63,172 nucleotides of DNA, taken from Bryobacterales bacterium. Lineage in GTDB: Bacteria; Acidobacteriota; Terriglobia; Bryobacterales; JACQDG01. Below, piece after piece: positions 55,144-63,172 of this stretch. The notes below the pieces were generated by a model. The model saw nothing but the letters and a program-made list of their open reading frames with translations. It did no database searches and was not told the DNA's origin. The stretch is from contig DASREK010000313.1 in the NCBI GenBank assembly GCA_035652135.1, positions 1-63,172 of the forward strand, read 5' to 3'. The number at the start of each line of letters is the position of its first letter. The stretch's first letter is position 1. The translations under genes were made by a program, and so were the position numbers.

Positions 55144-58100
55144 ATGGCCCAGCCTCCCATGCGGGGCGCTTACTCACTGGACGACAAATACACGCGGGAA
55201 GAGGGGATCGTCTTTCTCAACGGCATCCAGGCGCTCGTTCGTCTGCCGATGGAGCAAGTCCGTCGAGATCGGCGCGCGGGGCTGCGCACCGGCGTTTTCA
55301 TTTCGGGCTACGAGGGATCGCCGCTGGGCGGCTACGACCTGGCATTGCAGCGCGTGGAACGCCTGCTGCACGAACACAACATCTATTTTGTTCCCGGCGT
55401 CAATGAGGAGATCGCGGCCACCTCGGTGATGGGCAGCCAGATTCACCAATTATTTCCTCGTCCCAAATTCGACGGCGTGGTCGGCATCTGGTACGGCAAG
55501 GGTCCGGGAGTCGATCGATCGGGCGACGCGCTCCGGCACGCCAATTTCGCCGGTACGGGAAAGAATTGCGGCGCCCTGGCTCTGGCCGGCGACGACCACG
55601 CCTCGAAGAGCTCCACCATCCCGCACCAGAGCGATCTATCGTTCTTCAATTTTGCGTTTCCGATCCTATATCCTGGCAATACTCAGGAAATTCTTGATCT
55701 CGGCCTTTACGGCATCGCGCTGTCGCGCTTTTCCGGCGCCTGGACAGCGATGAAGATGGTCACGAATGTCTGCGACGGCGGCGGGACAGTCGAAGTCTCG
55801 CCCGACCGCAACCCCGTTGTTTTGCCGGAACTCGAATTCGGCGGCCAGCCGTACCGGAAGCGGATGGACGGCATGCTGATTTCGCCCCGCTCATTGCAGC
55901 TCGAGCAGGAGATTCACTACCGCAAGCTGGAGGCGGCCCGCGCTTTTGTCCGGGCCAACCGGCTGAACCGCATCGTCGCCTCGAACGCCGGCGACTGGCT
56001 CGGAATTATCACCGCTGGCAAGAGCTATTACGATTTGTGCACCGCTTTGCGCGACCTCGGGCTCGATAAGGAGAATCTGGCCCGGGCCGGCCTCCGCATC
56101 CTGAAGCTCGGCATGACCTATCCGCTCGAGCCGGCGATCATCGCGGAGTTCGCAGCGGGACTCGCTGAGATTTTGATCATTGAAGAGAAACGGAGCTTTA
56201 TCGAGCTCCAGCTTCGGGACATGCTCTACAACCGGCGCGAGCGCCCGGCCATTTACGGCAAACACGATGAACGAGGCGAGCTTTTGTTCCCCGTGCACGG
56301 CGAGATTGACCCCGACCTGATTGCGAAGGTCGTAGGCCGCAAACTTCTCGAGCGCTCCGAAACGCAGTCCGCCTTGGATGGCATTGCAAAGCGCCTCTCC
56401 CGAATTGCCGGGTTAGAAGAGCTGCCGAGAGAGCCGCGCGGAACGCCGCCGTTGGGAACCATAGAAGCTCGGCCGCCGAGTTTCTGCTCGGGTTGTCCGC
56501 ACAACCGGTCGACGGCCGTGCCGGATGGGATGTTTGCCGGCGGGGGCATCGGTTGTCATGGAATGGCCGGACGTCTCCAGCATATTCACCGCGGTTTTTC
56601 TTACATCACGCAGATGGGCGGCGAGGGAGCTCCCTGGATCGGCATCGCCCCGTTCACCGAAACGCCGCATTTATTCCAGAACGTCGGCGACGGAACCTTT
56701 TTCCACTCCGCCACGCTCGCGGTCAATGCCTGCGTCGCCGCAGGCGTGAATGTGACCTTCAAAATTCTTTACAACAATGCCGTCGCGATGACGGGAGGCC
56801 AGGCCGCCGCCGGCGCGCTGCCCATTCCGGAGCTCACGCGCCAACTTGAGGCGCAGGGCCTGAAGCGAATCGTAGTGCTCACCGATGATTTGGAAAAATA
56901 CCGCGATCGCACGGCCCTGGCAGGTTCTGCGGAGGTGCGGAGCCGCGACGATCTGGACCGCGTCATGGAGGATCTCGCCGCTGTACCCGGCGCCACGGCG
57001 CTCATCTATGACCAGCAATGCGCGGCCGAAAAGCGGCGGCTGCGGTCGCGCGGGAGTCTGCCGAAACCGGAGCGCCTGCTGGTCATCCATGAAGAAGTTT
57101 GTGAAGGCTGCGGCGATTGCGTGGCTAAGTCGAACTGCCTCTCGCTTTATCCCGTGGAGACTGAGTACGGGCAGAAGACTCGCATTCACCAGCCCTCCTG
57201 CAACTTCGACTATTCCTGCCTGCTAGGGGACTGTCCATCCTTCGTATCCGTCGTCGTCGAGCCGGGGACCGGGCTGAAAAGACGCGTGCTGCCGCTGCTT
57301 CCCGCGATGGAAATTCCCGAGCCGGCCGCTAAAGCCGCGATTGGCGAGAACGAAACGTATGAAATTTTGATTCCTGGAGTGGGCGGCACGGGCGTGGTGA
57401 CTGTGAACGCCTTGCTTGCCACTGCCGCCCTGCTGGATGGGTTTCACGCCGCGACGCTCGATCAGACAGGCCTCTCGCAAAAGGGCGGCGCGGTGGTGTC
57501 GAGCATAGTGGTCGGGAGAAGGCCCGTCGAACTCGCCAACAAGAGCAGCTACGGCAGCGTCCACCTCCTGCTCGGATGCGACTTGCTCGCCGCCGGTGCG
57601 CCCGATAATTTGAAGCGGACGGATCCCCGCCGCACGGCCGCTGTCATCAATTCGGCGGAAATTCCCACCGGCGAGGCCGTGCGCAAGGGGACCGTGCATT
57701 TCGGAGGACCGCTGATCGACATCATCCGCCGTTCGACGCACCCTGGCTCTACTGTGTTCGTGAACGCCACCCGGCTTGCCGAAGCGCTGTTCGCGAATCA
57801 CATGCCGGCTAACATTTTCCTGTTGGGCGTGGCTTACCAAGCCGGTTACATTCCGCTGTCTGCGCCTGCGATTGAAAGAGCGATCGAGCTGAACGGCGTG
57901 GCCGCCGCACAAAACCTCAATGCTTTCCGGTGGGGCCGGAGATATTACTACGATCCTGAGGCTGTCGAGGAAATTGCGGCCCCCGCCGAAACCAGTGCAG
58001 GTAAGCCGGTTCGATCGCTGGACGATCTCATCGAGCGGCGCTGCCGCGACCTAGCGGCTTACCAGGACGCACTCTATGCCCAGCGCTATCGCGAGCTTGT

Positions 58101-58674
58101 GGAACAGGTCCGGCGGCGCGAGCAGGAAATCCGCCCGCTCTCCACCGATCTGACCGAAGCGGCCGCCCGCTGCCTGTACAAAGTGATGGCGTACAAAGAT
58201 GAATACGAAGTCGCGCGCCTGCTCACGAAACCGGAATTTGAGCAGCAGACTCGGGCCATGTTCGAAGCCCCGCGACGGATTGAATACAATCTGCATCCGC
58301 CGCTGCTGCGGTCGATTGGACTCCAACGAAAATTAGGCTTCGGCCCCTGGTTCCGGCCTTTGCTGCGCGCCCTGGCCGCACTGCGGATATTGCGGGGGAC
58401 GCCGCTGGATGTTTTCGGCCTCAGCCCGCTGCGCCGGCGCGAACGCGCCCTTATTACCTGGTACGGGCAGACGCTGCGCGCCGTACTCGGGGGGCTCCAC
58501 GAATCAAATTTTGATCTGGCGGTTCAGATCGCCCGCATCCCGGACGCGATTCGCGGCTACGAGCAGATCAAGCTACGCTCCATTGCCGCCGCCGAGGCCC
58601 AGGCGGCCGCCCTGCTTGCGGAGTTCACTGCTGCGCCGGCCGCCACGCATTCCAGCTCGTCAGTTCACCTGTGA
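55144..58674 (+). CDS. Indolepyruvate:ferredoxin oxidoreductase family protein (fused alpha/beta, 1176 aa)
   Basis: YSLDDKYTREEGIVFLNGIQALVRLP, FCSGCPH, and two Cys clusters (CEGCGDC...C; CNFDYSCLLGDC). Confidence 0.9.
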   Translation: MAQPPMRGAYSLDDKYTREEGIVFLNGIQALVRLPMEQVRRDRRAGLRTGVFISGYEGSPLGGYDLALQRVERLLHEHNIYFVPGVNEEIAATSVMGSQIHQLFPRPKFDGVVGIWYGKGPGVDRSGDALRHANFAGTGKNCGALALAGDDHASKSSTIPHQSDLSFFNFAFPILYPGNTQEILDLGLYGIALSRFSGAWTAMKMVTNVCDGGGTVEVSPDRNPVVLPELEFGGQPYRKRMDGMLISPRSLQLEQEIHYRKLEAARAFVRANRLNRIVASNAGDWLGIITAGKSYYDLCTALRDLGLDKENLARAGLRILKLGMTYPLEPAIIAEFAAGLAEILIIEEKRSFIELQLRDMLYNRRERPAIYGKHDERGELLFPVHGEIDPDLIAKVVGRKLLERSETQSALDGIAKRLSRIAGLEELPREPRGTPPLGTIEARPPSFCSGCPHNRSTAVPDGMFAGGGIGCHGMAGRLQHIHRGFSYITQMGGEGAPWIGIAPFTETPHLFQNVGDGTFFHSATLAVNACVAAGVNVTFKILYNNAVAMTGGQAAAGALPIPELTRQLEAQGLKRIVVLTDDLEKYRDRTALAGSAEVRSRDDLDRVMEDLAAVPGATALIYDQQCAAEKRRLRSRGSLPKPERLLVIHEEVCEGCGDCVAKSNCLSLYPVETEYGQKTRIHQPSCNFDYSCLLGDCPSFVSVVVEPGTGLKRRVLPLLPAMEIPEPAAKAAIGENETYEILIPGVGGTGVVTVNALLATAALLDGFHAATLDQTGLSQKGGAVVSSIVVGRRPVELANKSSYGSVHLLLGCDLLAAGAPDNLKRTDPRRTAAVINSAEIPTGEAVRKGTVHFGGPLIDIIRRSTHPGSTVFVNATRLAEALFANHMPANIFLLGVAYQAGYIPLSAPAIERAIELNGVAAAQNLNAFRWGRRYYYDPEAVEEIAAPAETSAGKPVRSLDDLIERRCRDLAAYQDALYAQRYRELVEQVRRREQEIRPLSTDLTEAAARCLYKVMAYKDEYEVARLLTKPEFEQQTRAMFEAPRRIEYNLHPPLLRSIGLQRKLGFGPWFRPLLRALAALRILRGTPLDVFGLSPLRRRERALITWYGQTLRAVLGGLHESNFDLAVQIARIPDAIRGYEQIKLRSIAAAEAQAAALLAEFTAAPAATHSSSSVHL

Positions 58675-59084
58675 GCGGGATAAGGGCGGCCTATTGCAGC
58701 CCGAACCGCGATTCGATGGAGTTCAGCGCCGCCTCTACCCGTCCAGCTTTCCCATCAGCGCGCTTTCCAGACGGGAGTATTGGCCCTCCGGCGTTGTAGA
58801 CTATCCTTCCAGCTTCGTGCGCTCTTCGAACCGTTCAGACTGCGCGAAAGTCGGTTCGCAGGTCGCCGATGCCGTTCCTAAAATCTGTGCTCAGGTCCCC
58901 GACTCGAGCGTTCCAATCGCGAATCCGGGCGTTGTTGAACAAAAGCCGATCCCAGCAGGATTAGCGCCGCGCAAAGAGGGAATATACGTCTGGGCCTGGA
59001 AATCGGTCACGCTTCGTTTTACCGACGCCGCATCACACTGCAAAAGCCTGGCATTCGGAATTTCGAGGGGGCGTTCTAAGGGCT

Positions 59085-60965
59085 TCACCGCAGCTCCGGT
59101 ATATCTGCGGCCACGCGGAATCCCAAAAATTCCATTTTCTTTGCAGGCGGCGTGGGATTGCGGAACGCGCACCGGAGCACTTTCGGCAGTTCATCGGCCC
59201 AACTGCTGCCTCGGATGACGCGCAGCGATTTGCTGTAGGGCTGGCCGCCTGCTGCTCCCGGGTATGGCTCATAGTAGCTGCTGGTCCACTGGTATACGTT
59301 GCCCGCCATGTCGTAAAGAAAATAAGGGTTTGGCCAAAACTTTCCCACTGGCGACGTTCCCAAGTAGGGATCGTGATAGCCGCGCAGATACTCCCAGTTG
59401 AAATAAGCGCCGTTTGCCTCGTCGGCGAAATTGCCTGCTCCCTCCGGCGGCGGCCACTGATCGCCCCAAGGAAAGCGGCGGGCCTCGCCCGTGTCGCTGC
59501 CCTGCGCTGCGTACTCCCATTCTTCCTCGGTGGGCAGCCGGTACGTGCGGCCGGCGGCGCGTTCGGCCGGAAGGCTGTTCAGCCAGTCGATGAACGCCTG
59601 GGCATCGTCGTAGCTCACATTGACCACCGGCTGCTCATCGCCATCAAGGTTGACCCCTCGATACGGGGCGATGTGATGGTTGGGCCGGAAACGGCGGAAT
59701 TGCGCGTTCGTTACGTCATACATGCCCATGAAAAACCCGTGATGAAACCGGATCTGGTGCAACAGCTCGTCACGCCGGTGATACGGATCCGACGAGAGCG
59801 AGCCAATCATCATGCCCTCATGCGGAGGGGGGATGCGCACCAGACGGAGCCCGATCGAGTTGGTAAACGAGTCGATCCGCTCGAGCGGGGTCAACAACTC
59901 GGGAAAATAGGGCCGCAGCCGCTCATACCGAAAGCGGTCATCGGCGGTGAGTTCTCCCAGCCGCTTCCGGCATGCAAGCTCAGATAGCAAAAGGCTGCCG
60001 TAAACGCCGAAAACTCCGTCCTTGATTTTGCCGTTGGCTTCGGTCAGCTCGGTGAAGGCCATGTGATCGTAATACTCGGGGCCGAGGTGGATCTGCGGCA
60101 CGCGCGCGGGCAACTTGTGAAAAAATTCGCGGATGGGCGCTTGCACCGGAGCTTCAGCGTCCCCCGAAAGATCGAGACGGTCGATGCGATGGCACAGGGC
60201 GCAGCTCTGGAATACGTGAAAACCTTCCTTCTCCGGAGCAATTCGGCCCTCTTCATCGAAGGCCACCGATTGCAACACCAGCGCGCCGTTCCGGTCGTAA
60301 ACGGAAAAATTCCAGAAGGTGTCGCCTCGTTTCCTTAGTACCTCAGCCTCAACAAACCTTCCCTCTTTGTCAAAGGACTCGGCCGCGATCACGGTTCCCT
60401 CGGGATAGAGCAGGCGGTTGTTGTTATCGAAATAAGAGATCAGCGCGTCGGCGATGCGGTCCTTGGCGATATGAAGCACGCGCCGCCGCTTGAATGTCAG
60501 GCTGTCAACCGGCGCCGCCAGCCAGTTGGGATTCTCGCGGTATGGATGTTCGCGAAGCAGCGCAGCGAGATTCGGATACGGGCTTGTGAGCCGGTAATAA
60601 TGCTCCGCCATGTAGGCGTCCATCTGCTCCGAGCTTAACTTGCCCGGCGATTGCCGTCCGGCGATCTGCCGCAACAGAGCGGCTGCATTCGGGGGAACCT
60701 GCTTCAAATCTATGTAAATCTCCTTGCCTTCTCGCCGGACGATACGGCCGCTCATCACCTTGGGAGATCCAGCAGCAGTCCCCAGCAGGGTTTGCAGTTG
60801 GTACAGAAAAGAAGCGGCGAGGTAGTGGCTGTTATGAACCGTGCGGCCGCGCAATACCACATGCAGCCAGTCCGCTGAATCCGGCGCGGGAGAGGCGGCG
60901 GGTTTCCTGCACGCGGAACCGAGAAGCAGAAAGAAGAGCAGCGCGGATGCGATCGAAACTCGCAC
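59085..60965 (-). CDS. Secreted/lipoprotein with unknown N-terminal domain (contains CALCH) and C-terminal formylglycine-generating-enzyme (SUMF1/FGE-sulfatase) fold
   Basis: Signal peptide MRVSIASALLFFLLLGSAC. C-terminal YRLPTEEEWEYAAQG, LYDMAGNVYQWT, RVIRGSSW. Confidence 0.75.
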   Translation of the reverse strand: MRVSIASALLFFLLLGSACRKPAASPAPDSADWLHVVLRGRTVHNSHYLAASFLYQLQTLLGTAAGSPKVMSGRIVRREGKEIYIDLKQVPPNAAALLRQIAGRQSPGKLSSEQMDAYMAEHYYRLTSPYPNLAALLREHPYRENPNWLAAPVDSLTFKRRRVLHIAKDRIADALISYFDNNNRLLYPEGTVIAAESFDKEGRFVEAEVLRKRGDTFWNFSVYDRNGALVLQSVAFDEEGRIAPEKEGFHVFQSCALCHRIDRLDLSGDAEAPVQAPIREFFHKLPARVPQIHLGPEYYDHMAFTELTEANGKIKDGVFGVYGSLLLSELACRKRLGELTADDRFRYERLRPYFPELLTPLERIDSFTNSIGLRLVRIPPPHEGMMIGSLSSDPYHRRDELLHQIRFHHGFFMGMYDVTNAQFRRFRPNHHIAPYRGVNLDGDEQPVVNVSYDDAQAFIDWLNSLPAERAAGRTYRLPTEEEWEYAAQGSDTGEARRFPWGDQWPPPEGAGNFADEANGAYFNWEYLRGYHDPYLGTSPVGKFWPNPYFLYDMAGNVYQWTSSYYEPYPGAAGGQPYSKSLRVIRGSSWADELPKVLRCAFRNPTPPAKKMEFLGFRVAADIPELR

Positions 60966-60985
60966 CAGCGTGATTATAGCGAGAA

Positions 60986-61014
60986 GCCGCCCGCCATGAT
61001 TGCTGGCGGGCGGC
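60986..61014 (-). terminator. Perfect 10-bp GC hairpin downstream of the amidohydrolase gene
   Basis: GCCGCCCGCC-(9 nt)-GGCGGGCGGC. On the minus strand it is followed by UUCUCGCU. Confidence 0.45.
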
Positions 61015-61169
61015 CACTAAAAGTAAATTCTTCTGGTTGTGGCCTGCGGTCCCAGGATCGTCTGGTTCCTCAGGATCGCCGCCAAGCCTTCATCGCGTTG
61101 GCGCCAAGCCGCTCCCCGCGATAGGCGCTTCAGCCGATGGCAGGCCGCCGATAGGCCGGATCGCGAGAT

Positions 61170-62201
61170 TCAAAGCGTGCTGGACTGCGGCTGGGTTCGG
61201 TCTCGGTGAATCCATCGGTAGACAACAGTTGAATTCTTCCAGAAAAATTTTTCTGCGACGGCGGGCCCTTTCGCGGAAAAGTACCGCTGCACGACGTTTA
61301 GCACTTGCGGGTACGATCCCCATTGATCGCTGTTCGGCCAGTCACTGCCGTAAAAAAGCCGGTTTTCGCCAAAAATCTCCCAGAACTCGTCCAGCCTTGG
61401 GCGGTAGAAATTTGGATCGTCGGGCACGCGGCCGTTCACATGGCGAAGAACCCCCGACACCTTGACATAGACTTGAGGCCGCTTCCCGAGCTCCCGCAAG
61501 TGCTCCTGGTAAGCCTTGCCCGCCGCAGCGTCAGTGGGTGGCTCTAGCTGCGCCAAGTGATCGATGATCACCCGCAGGTTCGGAACCCGGTCGGTCAGTC
61601 GAACCACATCGGAGATCAATCCGGGAGTGGGATTGGCGGTGTCCAGAACAAGACCGGCCTCTGCCAGAGCTTTTAGGCCGGAAATGAATTCCGGCTTCGA
61701 AAGTTCGGCGCCTAGATTTCTGCCCCAGAGGTTGCCGTAGCGGATCCCGCGAAAGAGGGGATTGCGGTGAAACCTCTCCAACTGCTGGTGGAAATCCGGC
61801 CTGCCGGGCTCCAGGTTCCCGATCGTTCCGACGATGATGGTGTCTTTGGCGGCAATGTCGAGAACCCACTGGTTGTCTTCCAGCCATGGGCTGCATTCCA
61901 CCTCGATGGCCCCCGTGACGCCGAGCGGAACCGCAATTTTCCTGTACCGCTCCGGCAGCGCCGGCTGATAGAGAATCGTGTTGTCCTTGGGCGGCCAAGG
62001 CACGCCCTGAGGACGCCGCGGATCGAACAGATGAATATGCGTATCGATGATCGGCATGGATGCGCCTTTGGCGGCGGCATCCGCCAGCACGATGCCCACG
62101 GAGCCTCCCAGAAAGGTTCTTCGATTCACGGTGGTATTGTATCGCGACTCCGGCAGTGCAGATCTCCGGACAATCCGCTCGCTGCCGATAGAGGCGATCA
62201 A
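61170..62201 (-). CDS. Tat-exported amidohydrolase-family (amidohydrolase_2) metal hydrolase
   Basis: NRRTFLGGSVG twin-arginine motif, and IIDTHIHLFD (HxH). The start is uncertain: TTG at 62201 or GTG at 62127. Confidence 0.7.
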   Translation of the reverse strand: MIASIGSERIVRRSALPESRYNTTVNRRTFLGGSVGIVLADAAAKGASMPIIDTHIHLFDPRRPQGVPWPPKDNTILYQPALPERYRKIAVPLGVTGAIEVECSPWLEDNQWVLDIAAKDTIIVGTIGNLEPGRPDFHQQLERFHRNPLFRGIRYGNLWGRNLGAELSKPEFISGLKALAEAGLVLDTANPTPGLISDVVRLTDRVPNLRVIIDHLAQLEPPTDAAAGKAYQEHLRELGKRPQVYVKVSGVLRHVNGRVPDDPNFYRPRLDEFWEIFGENRLFYGSDWPNSDQWGSYPQVLNVVQRYFSAKGPAVAEKFFWKNSTVVYRWIHRDRTQPQSSTL

Positions 62202-62384
62202 CTCGCGGCTGCGGCGAGGAGCAAGCTAAGAAGTAAGTCCGGCCCGGCCATTCGGAAATACCAGTTGGTTCTGCGTTGCTCTGTTTTTCCTTCGAATGTT
62301 ACAGTACCAAGCACCCCTGTTCCCTCAGGGGCAGCGGATTCCGGTGAAGGACTCGGAAATTAGAGGAAGACGGAGTAGAAGAAT

Positions 62385-62879
62385 ATGACATTCTGGCCAC
62401 GAACAGCCCTCCAACTCGCGCTAGGCGTCGCTGTGCTGCTGCAAACTTTGCCGGCAGCCCAGTTGGCTGACAAAAAGGCGCTGACGCTCGAGATTGCGAA
62501 ACAGATCGCCGCAGCGGCGGAAAAGGAGGCGGCCGGCAACAAATGGACCATGGTCATCGCCATCTTGGACGACGGCGGCAACCTGCTATATCTCGAGCGC
62601 ATGGATGATACACAGATCGGCAGCATTGAAGTCGCCATCCAGAAAGCACATAGCGCCCTGGCTTTCAAGCGGCCGACGAAGGTTTTTGAGGACGCGGTAG
62701 CCGGCGGCCGCACGGCTATCTTGAAGCTTCCAGGAGCAATGCCGGTCGAAGGGGGCCTACCGATAGTTTGGGAGGGTAAAGTTATCGGCGCGATCGGATG
62801 CAGTGGAGGAACCTCGCAGCAGGATGGATTAGCTGCCAAAGCCGGCGTGGATGCCCTGACGAAAATCCTGGGCCGCTAG
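62385..62879 (+). CDS. GlcG/HbpS-like (DUF336) heme-binding protein, secreted
   Basis: Signal peptide. GGLPIVWEGKVIGAIGCSGGTSQQDGLAAKAG. A GGAG Shine-Dalgarno sequence lies upstream. Confidence 0.8.
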   Translation: MTFWPRTALQLALGVAVLLQTLPAAQLADKKALTLEIAKQIAAAAEKEAAGNKWTMVIAILDDGGNLLYLERMDDTQIGSIEVAIQKAHSALAFKRPTKVFEDAVAGGRTAILKLPGAMPVEGGLPIVWEGKVIGAIGCSGGTSQQDGLAAKAGVDALTKILGR

Positions 62880-62892
62880 CTTCTTTACGCCA

Positions 62893-62932
62893 GGCCGCGG
62901 ACCACGACAACCGCGGCCCGGGTTTTTCTTTT
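62893..62932 (+). terminator. Intrinsic terminator after the GlcG-like gene
   Basis: GGCCGCGG-(10 nt)-CCGCGGCC followed by cgggUUUUUCUUUU. Confidence 0.6.
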
Positions 62933-62990
62933 CCTGCGCGTCAGGCATCTCCGGCCGCGGGCCGCCCGGAAGCTCGCGCGGCGCTGTTTC

Positions 62991-63172
62991 TCAGACGTTC
63001 ACCGGCTGATCGATGATTTCTTCCTTTTGGGGATCCCAATACAGCTTCTTGCCGCTCCAATACGATTGGGCCGCCATAATGCAGCAGATGGCGTGCGAGA
63101 AACCGTGATCAATATTCGCGTCGGGCTGCTTGCGGTCGCGCATGGCTTGAAGCCAGTTTTCGAGATGATGCG
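62991..63172 (-). CDS. Gfo/Idh/MocA-family oxidoreductase, C-terminal fragment (5' end beyond window)
   Basis: My own minus-strand translation gives ...HHLENWLQAMRDRKQPDANIDHGFSHAICCIMAAQSYWSGKKLYWDPQKEEIIDQPVNV*. This is a typical C-terminus for the family. Confidence 0.65.
   Translation of the reverse strand, partial: HHLENWLQAMRDRKQPDANIDHGFSHAICCIMAAQSYWSGKKLYWDPQKEEIIDQPVNV

Noticed and set aside
58675-59084. A 410-bp gap between iorAB and the FGE-like gene. It contains a minus-strand frame (TTG 58942 ... TAG 58691) reading FNNARIRDWNARVGDLSTDFRNGIGDLRTDFRAV-TGA-...EAALNSIESRFGLQ, with coiled-coil-like periodicity.
   Set aside because: There is no ATG or Shine-Dalgarno sequence, and an in-frame TGA lies at 58835-58837. 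The third-position GC signal switches between frames along the stretch. At best this is a decayed gene remnant and cannot be supported as a feature.

Overview
A 63.2 kb GC-rich chromosomal segment (above 60% GC by eye). It is densely packed with about 50 protein-coding genes on both strands. I found no rRNA, tRNA, CRISPR array, transposase, integrase or phage genes. Several markers point to an Acidobacteriota genome of the Solibacter/Bryobacter type: an NHL-repeat protein with a TIGR03437-like C-terminal domain, tandem CarboxypepD_reg domains, a PEGA-domain Ser/Thr kinase and many twin-arginine signal peptides. This is an inference, not a database hit. The recognisable content is mostly housekeeping or metabolic: 2-oxoacid dehydrogenase E1 alpha/beta, ugd, purC-cvpA, a tryptophanase-family lyase, sppA, nadA-moaA, fused indolepyruvate:ferredoxin oxidoreductase, thiolase plus DUF35, an aminotransferase, and an ECF sigma/anti-sigma pair. 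These are interspersed with exported enzymes and hypothetical proteins. No canonical defence or mobile system is visible. The items most worth follow-up are: (1) an operon-like block encoding a protein with two tandem 8-cysteine modules fused to a probable outer-membrane barrel, next to a His/Met-rich periplasmic protein; (2) a promoter-to-terminator structured cassette directly upstream of nadA; (3) a radical-SAM gene broken by a 1-nt insertion in the codon of the first cluster cysteine; (4) a 511-aa protein with a NucS-like PD-(D/E)xK C-terminus in an odd three-gene operon; (5) an orphan HlyD-type adaptor carrying a Thr-rich insertion of about 100 aa; (6) a heme-c plus copper-monooxygenase-like fusion. 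All functional calls rest on motif recognition by eye, and several start codons were re-chosen relative to the ORF track.
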